Assembly (NCBI GenBank): GCA_008632985.1
Contig: QPGO01000130.1
Span: 62,001 to 126,000 of the forward strand
Source of the DNA: Psammoneis japonica
Taxonomy: Eukaryota
Direction of reading: 5' to 3'
Length of the DNA stretch: 64,000 nt
Position numbers and translations under genes: made by a program. This document shows, in pieces, positions 47,150 through 60,898 of this stretch. The notes beneath the pieces were generated by a model. The model was not told where the DNA came from. It saw only the letters and a list, made by a program, of their open reading frames with translations, and made no database searches. The first letter of the stretch is position 1. Each line of letters opens with the position of its first letter.

Positions 47150-50100
47150 CTAGCTCCAAAAGAAGAAGAGTGTGACACCAAAAACAAAACAATGACAACT
47201 GACAACGGCCGGCCGCATTTGCCGGTGTGCACGGCAAATTTGATGGTGCCGCAATGCAATGCGTGCACCGGTGCTTGTCAAAATTTGAAAAAATAAAAAA
47301 TGGTGGGACCAGGCCTGCGGGGAGCATTGACCACTTGTCTTTCTTTTTGTGGGTGTGGGTGTGTGCCGTTGCATGCTGTGTTGCCTGCACGCACGTGGGC
47401 CCTGCCGCCGGGGCCGGCATTGTGGCGGCGTGGCCACCACACCGGTGACGCGGATGACCATTGTATTTGATGTCTCATGCCATTTTTGGGGCTGTGGCAA
47501 GGTGCACGGACACTCTTTTTTTTCCAATTTATCGCCACAGTGGCGCATCGCACAAACTCACTTGTTGTTGACATGTTTTCCCAAATGTGACTGTTTCATG
47601 TAGAATTCACAATGAATTGTCTTTGTTCACAAATGATGCATTTTTCAACATGCCACGCCGGCAATCCCAATTTTTGAGAACTTTCGAGCTCTCCTGAAAA
47701 ATCGTGCCACGCACCTGTCGCAGGGAATTTGTCGATTTTTTAGGATGTCCCCACGACCTCTCATGTCCTCAATGATCATTCTGCGAATCCGAAGAATTCA
47801 TCTGCACCAAACAACCCATCCTGCTCCAAAATCTGAGGGACACACTTTCAAATTCAGACGGACTGCCCGACTGCCCGACTGCCCGACCCCCCGACTGCCC
47901 GACTCCCGACCCCGACTGCCGGACCGACACGAAAAAGTCTGCAATCACCAACCACTGAGTGGTCAATGAAAGTTTCATTAATGCACAAATGTTCATGATT
48001 GAATAAGAACATTTTGGTGTCATTTTGGCGCCACATTTTTCAAAAAAAGCGAAGATGCCCTGCTTTTTCTTTTGGGTGCACCCAAGACAAATTGACACAA
48101 TGGCAAAGGCAAATGAGGCAAAAGCAAAGGTGGTGCAAGGAGTGGTGCTGATTGCTGCCACCACAAGAAGTGCTTGTGCTGATGCCAGTGCTGAGTGGCG
48201 ATGATGACAACCAAGAAGAAGGCCCGCACACTTGAGGTTGAAAAGAGGCCCGCTTTGGGCTCAGCGTTGGAAAACAGAGATGAGTCGTCAGAGCCAATTC
48301 TGTCATTAAGATGCCAGAGAATTGCTGTCACATGCCACTTCAAAGTTCTTGGTGAGTGCACCACCCAGACAATGAAGAGTCATGGAAAAGTCACAACAGG
48401 CTGATTTTGTCACACAATCAGAAACTCAATCAAGACATGGAGGGGTGCTGAGGTTGCACTCCTCCCACATTTCATGCATGTTTGGAGTGCCAACAAAATG
48501 GCGCACTGCATGGCTGAGAATGCAGAGCTGTTGTCAAGGGCAGCAGCCACCATGGCCAGCCTCCTGTGCTTCAGCAAACGAGCTTTTGAGAAGGGTCAGA
48601 TTGCTGCAGACACACAAGAGAAAATTTGCTCAGGATTTCTCCAATGTGGCATGTGCTGTCAACCACCATTGCAAAGAATTGGGTGAGGACAGTGCAACAA
48701 AGTTAGCCATCTTGTTCCTTGCCATCAGAGGTGAGCAAGAACCAAACTGTCAAAGTGATGGTGCAGCCAAGCTGCCATGGACGATTGCGATTGCACGTGC
48801 AAACACTTTCGACTCAATTTTTGATGTGTCTTGGATTTCAGGACCTGCAGCATGAAGAAACAAAGGATCCTGTTGCTGGCAATGCTGCTGCTTGCATCCC
48901 AGAACATTGTGAAAAAACAAGATTGCTCCAACTCAACTTTCAAAAACAGCTTGGTGGGATGAAACCCACAGACACAATGCACGTGGCTGGAAAGTTGGGT
49001 GAGAAAGAGTTCTTTTTGGTGTGTCCAAGACACAAAAATGTGTGTCATGATCAAAACAGAATGCAAGAGCTTTCCTTGTTTGCAACACAGCATCATCATT
49101 GGGAGAGACAAGTTCAAGCATTCTGGAGCTCTCCAAGCACTTGAATTGATTGAGATTGCTGTTGATGTGGCAATCATCATCCAGGCACATGATGCCATTG
49201 CCAGTGCTGTTTCCATCATTTAGAATGATGCAAAGGTTAAGGCCACTTCACACTGTGAATCTTTTTGTCACTGCAAAGTCAAAAAACAGCTGGCTCAACT
49301 GCATGCTCAGGTCAAAGCGGGCTCACAAAGAGCAAGGCACAGCTTGCTGTCAAAGAGCTGTTCATTGATCAAGATCAGGAGTGGCGACACACCAATTCTG
49401 AGAGCTGCTCACTTGCAATGCAAGAAAGAAAGAGAGCTTTGTGGGGCACATCGGAAGGTCTTCAGGTGGCTCGTCCACAAACACTCCCATGTTTGTGTCA
49501 CTGAGCCTCCTCCAAATTGTGCCAAGCTGCTGGCAAGGATGAATGCTGAAGGCTTTGTTGAATTTCATTGAGTTTGTTTCAAGGACAAAGCAATGCAGAA
49601 ACAGACAAAAATTGAACAAACATGACAATGTCACAGATGTTGGTCTCTTCTCACTTCTTTTTCTTTTTTCAATGTGACAACAATGGGGTGCTGGGGTGCC
49701 AAATTCATTTGTGAGGAGAGAAACCACAAGTCACAATGTTGCTTTATGCTGTGCCATCCAACCATCAGTTGTCTCTCGTTCATCTCTTTGCAAAACCTGA
49801 ACAAAACTTGTGTTTGCATCTCTGGAGTTAAAAATTCAGTCATGAGAAACTTGAGTTGCAGTGGAAAACAACCATGAGTTGAACCACATTGTCTGCTGTC
49901 TGCACCAACCATTGGGGGGCTGCATGGCAACTGTGTTCACATCTCCTCTGTCTTGACAGGAAAACCATGCATTTTGCAGATTCAGTCTCACAATCACCTG
50001 AGCAGTGACAGCAGAAGATGCCACAGATTTGCCATTGCAAGTCATTGGTCATTCCAAGATCTGACAACATGAATTGGTTGTGTCAGTCCTGTGAATGGGA

Positions 50101-52080
50101 TGAGCAATGCATGCACAAGCTTGCTCACACACTTGCAACCAAGAGCAGAATTGGCACAAGGAATGACTTGACTGACATCAAGATGGAGCACAAAGCATGA
50201 CCAAACAACACAACATCACAGGGCAGAAGAGCCCCCCTGCCACCTGTTTTTGTTGAAACCTGCTCATGCCATCCAGCAGCCAACAACAAATGCCACTGAT
50301 TCTTCTGGCACATTGAAGTTCATGCACTTCAACACTGTCAAGTGCACAGCCTTTGTCTTGCTCTCATGCCTCATGGCTTTCTGTTCTCATCATTTTCCGT
50401 TGTTCTGCTTTTGTCCCAAAGCACCCGACAGCCATTGGCACACATTGCAAAGCTCTTTGGCAACTGTGTTTCTGCCTTTTGCACCCATGGTCAACAACTC
50501 TGGAGCACACTTTGTTAGAAGACATGAACACCACCCCTTTGCCTCACCTCTCACAATCTTCTTTCTCCCTTTTCTTGTTTCTCTTCTTGCCCCCCACCCA
50601 CCCACTTGCTCTGCACACTCTGCCTTTTTGCAGTGGTGCCAAATGCACAGGTTGACCCTGGTTTTTTCAGTTGTTTTCTCATTTTGAAGCACTCAAAGGG
50701 CAAGCCTTCTCTCAAATTCTGTGCCATTTGCTTGGGGCAGCATTTTGGTGTTGCTGCACCTGCTCATCTCCTCTTTCTCTTTGGATTTCTTGCAGTGCAG
50801 CAGTGCAAAGAACCTTGTCCCTGGTGCACTTTTTCTCAAATGTTGTCACGGTGTCCAGCAGGGTTGCAGCTTTGCACAAGTCTGACCCCCCAGCACCCTT
50901 CAGCACTGTGTTGCAGCCCACCATGTGAGAAGGGGGTGGGGGGACAGGCTTTGTTGTTTTTGACACTTTTTTCTTGATCTTGTGCCCCAGCTTCCATGTG
51001 CTGATTGAAGAGGAACCTCTGCACACATGGCATTTGCACAAAAGCCCACTTTTCCTTGAGCTCGCCCCCTCTCCTGCATGCTTCTCCAAGTCATTGTGGC
51101 ACTTGAGAGTCTGAGGAACAAGAGAAAATGTGTCACATGAGGAACTTTGTTTTTTTGGTGGGTCAAGGTTTGCAGTGGTTTGCTTTGCAGATGAAGGATC
51201 TCTTGCAAGACTGAGTTTTTCTGGCTGCTTGGTTGTTTGTGCTGAACCCCCCCAATGGTTGGCTTTGTGGAAAAAAAATCTCCCTCAATTGGGTTCTACA
51301 TTGTCTCATGTGATGAGACAAAGCCATGTGCCTCCTGCGTGCAATTCAGCATTTTTGTGGCTGCCACTTTGCAACAAAGCGCCAGCTCTTCAACATGTGT
51401 GGTGAGGTTGCCTCAAACTGTGCACATCTGTCCTTTTGAAATGGACCCACCATCCACTTTCAACAAGAATGATGCACATTTGCCAGAGACCAACATTGTG
51501 GATCTGGACTTTGGGAGCAGGCATTGAACCAAACTTGAGGTGCAAAGCTGTTCTTCCCGACAGCTTGTTTGTTGCAAAATGCTCTCAGCTTGCAACAAAA
51601 ACTTTGCATGCTGTTGCTCCCTGATGGCTCATCTTTTCAACTCTTGAAACTGAAAGGGGAACAGTGCCAACTGCAGTGATTGAAACAAAAGCTTGCCATG
51701 CATGGCTGAGCTTTCTGGGTTTGGCAGGACTGTTGGAGGTCTTGTTGAGTGCCGCAGCTGTTTTGCATGCTGGAAAATGCTGCCAAAGAACAATGCCAAA
51801 CACCAGTGCTTCCAACCAGGCATTCCAGAAGAAACAACAGAGAAATGCAGTGACACAGACACTGCTTTTTGTTGAGAACATGACTTGCCGAGCAACTGAC
51901 TGCACCCTGGCTGCATCTTGGCAATGGGCTGAAGACAAGTTCAAACATTGCTGGGGAGTGATTGTGGACCAGAAGACAGGACTTGGCACTTTAAAGAACT
52001 TTGAGACCTGCTTGAACTCGATCTCTGCATCGTTTGCCATGGTCACAGGCGAATTGTCTCATCGTCACACACAAATCTGC
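47150..52080. mobile_element. Large unclassified TA-depleted (largely CG-depleted) tract
   Basis: About 5 kb with almost no TA; fragmentary ORFs on both strands; no transposase motif recognised. Confidence 0.5.
47860..47925 (+). repeat. 8-bp minisatellite (gactgccc)n
   Basis: About 8 imperfect copies. Confidence 0.85.
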
Positions 52081-52366
52081 ACATTCCGCGAGCTCTGGCT
52101 CTAGCGAGAAATACATGCCAAACATCCTCTCCGATCTCTTCCATTTTTCATTCCGAGCTAGTCCTCTAGCATGAGAGTAAATAATGGAATGAACTGAAAA
52201 GCAGCTGAGATTAATCTTGGTTACTATGAATTATAACATACACGCATATTAAACGTGGACTGCACTTAGTTCGAATGCGGAGGCATGCTGTCACTTCCCT
52301 GCCACGCATTCTACATCTAAGCGGAAATTGTCACCTCTGCAAAGCAAGTGGACACCTTGATTTGGT

Positions 52367-53411
52367 TTAGGCTTCATCATCGTAGAAAGTGTCCACACCA
52401 CCTTCCGTGGCTGCGCTCGAGCATTCCGTCGCAATCATGATATCCCCCTTTTCCGTCGTTGCGCCCTGGGGGACGACGCACCAGTCACTCATGGGTTCAG
52501 GCTGGATTTTGTAATGGACTTCATCGCTAGAAAAAATACGATCAAACCTCTGAAGCGGGTTGCTCCTATCGCAAGGCTTGTAACGCATCTTTGTTCCGCT
52601 GATTATGTCTCCGCCGCCGTGGCCAAGCTGCATGCATATGTTATCATCAAGTCTGCTGTGGAAGACGAATGCCCCGGTGCTAGTTTTTTCAAACCTCCAC
52701 CATCTTCCGGGGATCCACACTCGTCAATATAGACCTTGTCTCCATTCTGTGGAACGTCGCCATTCTCTGGCATCATGCAGAGAGCAACGTTGTCATACCC
52801 AACAATGATTTGCCAATAGAAGCGAGCCTCAACAAAGTCAAACTTGAATCGACGACTCCTGCCACAACGCTTGACATACATCGCATCACCATCGTCCGCA
52901 GTAGTCCCTTCGTTCGTCACGCAGTATTGTTCTTAGAGTCGAGGTGGATCCTCTTGGAGCTCGTCGAGTATCTAAACTTGTTGAGCTTGCCCTTTGAATC
53001 GCAATCATCCAAGCGCATGACGCCCTCGCCAAGGCTTTCTCCATCGTTCACAATCATGCACAGGTCAGGGTACTCGATGCTATGGATCTTCTTATCGCTT
53101 CGAAGTTCAAATAGCTGCCTTCGTCCTCCTTCCCTGTATCCGTCAAAGGCGGGCTCACATAGCGTAAAGCGTAGCTTGCTTTCATAGAAAGTTGCCTCGT
53201 CATAGGGATAGTCAAGATCGGGGCCGATGATACACCAGTCTTTAGAGCTACTCACTTGCGAAACAAGAAAATAGCCATTCTCGTCAGACAACTGACGGTG
53301 TTCAGCGGGATCAACAACAAACATTTCAGTGTTCGTATGGCCGAGCCTCTCGCCAAACGCAGGGCTGCTGGCAAGGAAGAGCACTGATAGTAATCCTTTA
53401 TGAATCATCAT
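52367..53411 (-). CDS. Secreted tandem ricin-B (beta-trefoil) lectin-like protein (frameshifts at ~52925 and ~52700)
   Basis: Signal peptide, HRQL propeptide site, repeated C...L..C...Q.F subdomains (RQLFEL, LQRFD) over three ORFs. Confidence 0.7.
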
Positions 53412-53610
53412 TGTTATTTCTGTTCTAAGGACACAAAGCAAAACAGTTAGAGACAACGAACAGCGAAAGTATACAACATTGTCAGAATCAGTCTTGTCAC
53501 ACCTACATCTGTTCTTTTTATGGCAACTTGATTGAAAGGAGAGTCGCATATTCAATCACGAGAGAGCAACGAGGTGAGCAATACTGCCGTAACGTATGAT
53601 CCTACTAGAA

Positions 53611-53969
53611 GGTTCCTCTTACGGAAAAACTGAATGAAACCCGCGTTTTCGTGTCTTTTGTGTCAGCGGGGGCAATGTGTATCGCAAATTCAATCGCGTT
53701 CCCTGGAGTTGAACGATCGTTCCGACGATTCAAGAAGGAGGCTTCGGGTTCCTCTTATGCAAAAACCGAATCAAACCCGCGTTTTGGTGTCTTTTGTGTC
53801 AGCGGGGGCAACGTGTATCGCAAATTCAATCGCGTTCCCTGGGAGTTGAACGATCGTTCCGACGATTCAAGAAGGAGGATTCGGGTTCCTCTTATATGCA
53901 AAAACCGAATCAAACCCGCGTTTTCGTATCTTCTGTTTCAGCGGGGCAATGTGTATCGCAAATTCAATC
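53611..53969 (+). repeat. Tandem repeat, ~136-bp unit, about 2.6 copies
   Basis: ggttcctctta..aaaaac.gaat.aaacccgcgtttt..gtgtatcgcaaattcaatc recurs at ~53611, 53747 and 53884. Confidence 0.9.
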
Positions 53970-54809
53970 CCACAACCACATAAGGAACCACGACAGAAGA
54001 TCGCGGTATTATTCCACCAATCATTTCAATCCCAAAAGCGAGTGGTTCGCGTCGATCTGAAACGCATTTTCAAACAAACAAAGCCCGCTCGACAACTGCA
54101 GCAGCGAGTCAGCAAAGCCTTCTTCAATGCCGCTGCTGCTGATGGAGCACCTTCAACCTCCGGTGGTTGGCGATGAAATCAGTCGTGAAAACACTTCGCT
54201 GTCGCACTTGTCTCGGGATGTTCGCATTTCAAATGTCTCGACCCTCAGGAGAGGCATCAGCCATTTTTCCTTGCACAAGACTGCGTTTTGCAATCAAGAC
54301 AAATATCATTGAACATAAAAACGTGTCGCTACAACAACAACATGATGGTTGTTTTTGACGGCTGTTTTGTCTGTGAAACTTTCGATTGGCGCGACTTGCC
54401 ATATTTTTGTATGCCAATTGATAAAATTAAATATGTAATACCCATTTTGCCTTATTAAAATTCATGCGTTTTTATATAAAACATACGTGGTATTTTCAAG
54501 GGATACGGTCTCAAAATCAACACACACCCGAGACACTGACAACTCCTGCGCGGAAAGCAAACCTTTGTGCGCGGAAAAGATACGGTACGCGCGAAGAACC
54601 TGCGCGAAGCCGCCATCAAAAAAATGCCGCCAGATGGCGGTGTCTCCAAACAATCCAGGGAGACTCGAGACAAGGTGTCGGGTAAGGTTATGTATCTTTT
54701 TGTGCTTCTATTGTTTCTCTTTTGATTTCGTTCGAGTTACTTCTTTTTAGAATCGAAGCATTCTATACAGCTGATACATCGCGAGAAAGAGCAGCCACGT
54801 TGTTTGTTC

Positions 54810-55030
54810 CAGTGAGAAGAAAATCTTGAAGAATCATTGTCGGCGGCAAGTTTCATAAATAAAAGTTCTCAGGCCACTCTGTGAAAAACGAAGCCTCGCA
54901 TTTTGCTCCTGTGAGAAGAAAAGATTGAAGAATCATTGTCAGCTCAGGCCACTCTGTGCAGAAAGAAGCCTCACACTTTGCTCCTGTGAGAAGAAAATAT
55001 TGAAGAATCATTGTCAGCGGCGGCAAGTCG
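54810..55030 (+). repeat. Short imperfect tandem repeat upstream of UvrB-C
   Basis: gtgagaagaaaa..ttgaagaatcattgtc occurs three times. Confidence 0.8.
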
Positions 55031-55110
55031 CACGAATAGACTTTTCCAGGGACGAATCTGTGAATTCTCCATGTCTCCGCTAAATCGCTTCAGGGGAAAT
55101 CATCGGACAC

Positions 55111-58100
55111 AAAATATTGTCGTAATGGTTGCTCTGTTGCTTCGTAGGGCAATTGCCTTTTCTGTTCAGAGACACAGCGCGTCTCTAGTGAGACCTACCT
55201 TCACTTCTAGAGCATCCCTGCTTCGAAACTCCAACCGATACCCTTGCCAGAGTCTAAGGAGCTTGACATCTGCACAAGCCATTGAGGAAGATTCAAACGT
55301 GTATGATGACAAGTTTCCATCGTTTTCAAATAATGAGTTTGAGGTAGTGGCACCGTACGAACCAACGGGTGACCAGCCACAGGCGATTCAAACGCTAGTC
55401 AAGCAACTGCAGGAGGGGGATCGGTTTTCAGTCTTGAAAGGAATCACCGGAACGGGAAAGACCTTTGTCATTTCACACGTTCTTTCTCATTGGGCCGACC
55501 CACGCTTGTTCTGTGTCACAACAAGACCTTGGCAGCACAATTGGCACGTGAGCTGCGTTCGTTTCTTCCCAAGAATTCTGTCGAACTCTTTGTCTCGTAC
55601 TACAACCACTATCTGCCCGAGAGTTTCATTGAAACGACCGGAAAGTACATTGCAAAAAAGTCAAGCGTCAATGATGAAATCGACTCGTTGAGGCATCGAG
55701 CCACGCGTGCGCTTCTTGAGAGACGAGATGTGGTTGTAGTGGCATCCGTCTCGTGCATCTATGGTTTGGGACTGCCTCTGAATATCTGGATGCGTCTATT
55801 GGTCTGCAAGTAGGAGATCAGGTGGATCTGGAAGAGTTGGTGGAGCGGTTGGAGTTTTCAATGCTGTACTCTAGACCTACTGCGCACGAGGATATGCTTC
55901 GTGGGAATTACCAGCTTTCGTCGGATATAATGACTGGAGACCATGTCTTGTCCGTTTGGCCGCCCCATGAAATGTTCCCCATGCGAATTACTTTGAAATC
56001 AGGTACAAGCAGGAACAGCCCTTCAACAATTCGTGCAATACACTGCGGTACTCAAGAGGGATTGGCCGAGGCAGACTCCTTTCGGATATTTCCGGCGCGA
56101 CATCACGTCATTGGGGAGGAACGATTGGAACGAGCCTGTCTTGATATTGAAGAAGAACTCAGGGATCGGTTAAAGCAACTCACGGCTGACGCGAAGGTCG
56201 TGGAAGCAAGTCGTCTTCAACAGCGTGTCCTTAACGATTTGCTCATGCTGAGAGAGACTGGTTCTGCAGCGGAGGAGAAAACTATAGTCGCCATTTTGCG
56301 CAGCGCAAGGCGGGAGAGCCCCAGACACACTGATGGACTACCTGAATCACTTTGGTGACTGGCTACTAGTTGTCGATGAGTCACACGTAACCCTGTCGCA
56401 GCTAAGGGCAATGTAAGTGTAGTCAATGTTCGATTCGTGTTGCTGAGATCTTCTCCTCAGTCGACATTCATGCCACTCTATTTGAATGCAGGTACGCTGG
56501 TGACGGGCGAGAAAAGAGCGTCTCGTCAAGCATGGTTTCAGACTTCCTTCGGCACTGGATAACAGACCGCTGAAGGAAACAGAGTTCTGGTCTCAAGTGC
56601 CGCAGGCAGTGTTTGTCTCTGCTACACCATCTCCAAAGGAAGTTGCGTGGGCCTCACAACCGCCTGTTAATATGGTCATTCGGCCCACCTACGTTTGCGA
56701 TCCAGTGATTCACGTTCGTCCAGCGCAGGGACAACTACAAGACTTGCTTTCTGAAATCAAAGCAAGAGCAGAGAAAAAGCAACGCACTCTGGCACTGGCT
56801 CTAACCAAACGGGATGCGGAGGACATGGCGTCGTTTCTCACAGAACATGATGTAATGCCACGTATATTCACTCAGGATTAACAACGGTTGAGCGATCCGA
56901 TGCGCTCAAGGCACTTCAGAACGGAGAGGTTGATTGCTTGGTTGGAGTTAACTTACTGCGAGAAGGTTTGGATTTACCTCAAGTTTCTCTTGTTGCTATT
57001 TTGAATGCTGACGTCGAGGTAATATTCAGAAAGTACAACGATTCCTATCGTTCTTGAGTGTCGATCTCATTCTGCTACATTTCTTCCTCTGCTTTAGGGC
57101 TTCCTTCGCTCAGACACCGCGCTTCTGCAAATTGTTGGTCGCGCAGCACGAAACACCAACGGGGAAGCAATCTTTTATGCTAATCGCATCACCGATAGCA
57201 TGAAGAAATGCATCGATGAGACAAATAGTCGGCGAAAGATTCAGCTTAGTTACAACAGCGAGAATTCTTTGAAAGCTCGAACCACCAAGGGCTCCACAAT
57301 GCTGTCCATATTTGACTTGCTTAAAGACGAAATCCAAAAGGAAAAAGAAATCGATCTCACGATGCCGACAAAGATAGCAAATGCTAATGATGGATTGGAG
57401 AGCATCCCTCTGACATCGAGTGAATCAATAGTCCTACCTCCCAGGTCGGTTGGTGAAACTACGCCTCAGATTTCAACGGACCATATTCCTTCCAAGCCTG
57501 GCGTCTACTTTTGGAAAGACGAGAGCAACAGCATCCTGTACATTGGCAAGGCCAAAAAACTCCGAAATCGTGTCAAGTCTTACCTATCGCCAAGTGCCAA
57601 GCACAGCGCTCGAATCAATGCCATGCTAGCCAAGGCTCAAGTGCTGGATTTCATTCTCACCCCAAGTGATCGTGACGCCCTTATGCTCGAAACAAACCTA
57701 ATCAAACACCATCAGCCACCGTACAACGTGATGCTGAAAGACGACGAGTCTTATCCATATATTTGTGCGTCAATCGGTGATCCATTTCCTCGCTTCTCGG
57801 CTGTACCACGAAAGCTTGCTGGTGCCAAGGCTGCGAAGTACAGGTACGCACCTTAGTGAACGCTGTTGCCGGGGTACTTCTGACAGGAGAGTATGACTCA
57901 CATTTTCTACTATCATTCTCTGTATTCCATCAGATACTTTGGTCCTTATCCACATTTTAATGAGATTAATCAGATTCTACAGGGCATCGAGGAGACGTAT
58001 GACTTGCGAGCAAAGTCCTTTGCTGCACGACATGGGGACGGAGAGAGGTCAGAATACACTGAACTCTTTGACAAGGCCATTGACGAAGTTTTCGACGATT

Positions 58101-59311
58101 CCGCAAAGGCTCGGTCGAGCAGTTCGTTGCCGTTAATGCGTGCAGAGTTTGAAGAAGCCCGTCTTTTGTTTGAGAGTGAGCACAATCATTGTAGAGATGT
58201 GGTTGCTCTTGCAATGCATGAAAACGACGAGAGTGTAGGCGTTGTTCACGTTCTACAATTGCGTGATGGAATGGTTGGTGGGCGCTTCTCGTACACTTGC
58301 GAGATTCCTGTTGGCGTATTCGGCTCAGAGGACTACTCTGAATTAATCCAAACCGTCTTGGAACGAAGACATTATCCATCTGGAGAGTCCGGAGGCCGCT
58401 TTCCCTTCTTTCCAAATGAAATCCTAGTCCAATACCCACTCGCCGACAATGCATGTCTGAAGCAAGCGATTCGTTCTGCAAGAGGCAGTTCGGAATCAAA
58501 GAATCCAGTCAAAATAAGAACTGTAGCAAAGCGTGGTGCAAGAGTGGCAACCGATACCCGTGCCATGGATTTTGCCATTGACAACGCCCAGCAGGTTGCT
58601 CAGTCACAAATGGAAGATAATGATAACGATGCAACCAAGACATCTCTGGACGGAACAGCCACCAAAGAGCTCGCGTCTCTGCTTTTTCTTGAAACTGTTC
58701 CAAATCGTATTGAGTGTTATGATATTTCCCATACACAAGGTGACGTGGCTGTGGGATCTCGTGTCGTCTTTGTCGGTGGCAAGCCTGCAAAGCACCTCTA
58801 TCGGACATTTAACATCAAGTCGGTAGTGGGTGTGGACGACTATGCGAGTTTGGAAGAGGTCTTGGAACGACGATTTCGGCATGTTGGAGACGGACAAGAT
58901 GAGCACCACCCATGGTCCCTTCCTGATCTCGTAGTCATTGACGGTGGTGTTGGACAGCTTGGGGCCGCCATCAAGGGAATGAAAAAGGCTCAAGTGTATC
59001 CAAAGCGTGCGAATATTGCCCCATTAGCCAATGGAGAAGGAGTCATTGTGGAAGAGGACGACGCCGTGCTGGAAGAGGACGAGTCATTAATGCTGAATGG
59101 AGTAAATGGACGTTTGCAGGGAAAGAACTGTGTTGCAGTGTGCGCTCTTGCCAAGAATCATGAGGAGGTTTTCCTTCACGGCGTGTCGAAACCTGTGAAT
59201 GAATCTCCGGACTCTCCGGCACTGTTGCTGCTTCGGAGTATTAGGGACGAGAGCCATCGGTTTGCCTTGAGCGCCCATCGACGACGTCGTTCCAAAAAGA
59301 ATGCTTTGTAG
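55111..59311 (+). CDS. uvrB/uvrC: UvrB-UvrC fusion protein with organelle-targeting N-terminus (3 introns, several indels)
   Basis: Uvr[67 protein letters not shown]. Uvr[53 protein letters not shown]. Introns 56413-56491, 57019-57097 and 57844-57933. Start is 55111 or 55125. Confidence 0.92.
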
Positions 59312-59790
59312 ACCATTTTTGATAATGTAATTGCGTAAGTGTTGGCGACCGAATGACCAAAAAATCCTAACGTGTACAGGCAAATTGGCGTCCACGGCAA
59401 ATAGTTACAAAGCCCATGATTCTTTACGCATGATTCTATATACAAGCAGGACTTAGACTAGTGTTTCGAGCTATACTCTGTCGCTTCCAATCCCTCCTCC
59501 GTAACAAAATCTGTGTAAGTCATATTTGGGTGGGCCTGTACGTTTTCCATCTGGTCTGGTCACATTGATGGCACTCTTTCTGCCGTTTCGTAGTCCAAAA
59601 GCTAGCACTCGACAGGTGCGCCGTCCTTCGAACTATGAACTACTTAAGAGCGAAACACGCCATAAAATGTGCGCAAAACTTCACTCAGAAACATCAATAC
59701 GCACCATGAGATAGGGTTGGAGTTTTGACTCGGCAAATCAGAGTGCTTCTTGCTGTTTGTTGTCGCTTGTCCTCTCTCTGGTCGCTTGCC

Positions 59791-59793
<3 letters not shown>

Positions 59794-59849
<56 letters not shown>
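59794..59849 (+). repeat. (CT)n microsatellite
   Basis: About 28 perfect CT units. Confidence 0.97.
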
Positions 59850-59850
<1 letters not shown>

Positions 59851-60424
59851 GCTAGCTAGTAGCTCTAGCTAGATTAGAGTAGCCAGAGTACAGTAGCTAC
59901 ACTCTTCAGTTTTAGTGAGTAGTAGTGGTAGAACTGTACTCTTTCCGAGCTTAACGCCTCTTTCCAATGTATAAATAATTTAACCGTCAGGTGTCATTTT
60001 ATTTAAGGGGTTCGCAAACAACAGGGTCGCTGTCATGATCTCCTCGTTTCCGTTCGCGGTTCGCGAAGGTGCAATGTAATGATTGATTGGAGATTACATC
60101 GAAACTTCAAACTCATCAGCAGAAGCGAATCTTTCTTTCCTCGCTTAGCATGAAACTCATAATTTACAAGCTATTGGCGGTCGTCCTGTGTGGTGCGTAG
60201 AGTGGTGTATATAAAGACGCCTTCGTATTGCGGTAGCATTTTGAGCTCTGCTGTTCGCGAACACGAGCGTGATACAAAGGTGGTCGTGTTGCCATGACGA
60301 GGCGACCCTTTCTCAACAAAAATGGGGAATAAACGTCTATGAGCACTCACAATGTTATTTTGCTTTGTTCTGTCCAGGTCAAGCGGCGTTTGCTACAGAC
60401 AACGATCCTCGACGCCAGAGAAAC

Positions 60425-60898
60425 ATGGCTGCCAAAGGAATTCCAACCAACATGATTACTATTTCCGAAATTGCATACATTGAAACGGGGGCGAATCGGG
60501 CTTTTGTGGAGTTTGTCTTACCAGAGTGCTATACCCCAGAGCGATTTCTTGTCCATGGTGTGTATGCTGCACCGGGAATTGACTACAACCAGAATTCTCA
60601 TCTTTTGGGCCTCGGATTATGGAGTGTGTCGGTTCCAGTAGCTCAACGCTTCACGTCAACAGACTCACAAGGGAACTCTGATAACGGGAGTCTAACAGTT
60701 AGCTTGAACCTCCTTGGTGAGGGTCCATACCCCTTGACTGCAGAGTTACCAGCTGGACAAGTGGCTGTGCTTTTTAACGACAACCTGCGTGTTGAAGTCA
60801 GACTCCTTGAACCAAGTCGACGTGGCAACAGGAACCGTCATGTCTTTAATATTCATGTTTGGGGTTACTGTGGTGAGGGATACACAAAGGAAATTTGA
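60425..60898 (+). CDS. Hypothetical protein (weak lamin-tail-domain-like ISEI.Y..FVE start)
   Basis: 157-aa ORF with normal composition; the domain resemblance is weak. Confidence 0.4.
   Translation: MAAKGIPTNMITISEIAYIETGANRAFVEFVLPECYTPERFLVHGVYAAPGIDYNQNSHLLGLGLWSVSVPVAQRFTSTDSQGNSDNGSLTVSLNLLGEGPYPLTAELPAGQVAVLFNDNLRVEVRLLEPSRRGNRNRHVFNIHVWGYCGEGYTKEI

Noticed and set aside
54170..54750. AT-richer intergenic segment as a MITE
   Set aside because: No terminal inverted repeats or TSD could be identified by eye.
53611..55030. Tandem repeats as a CRISPR array
   Set aside because: Units are contiguous with no unique spacers, there are no cas genes, and the context is eukaryotic.
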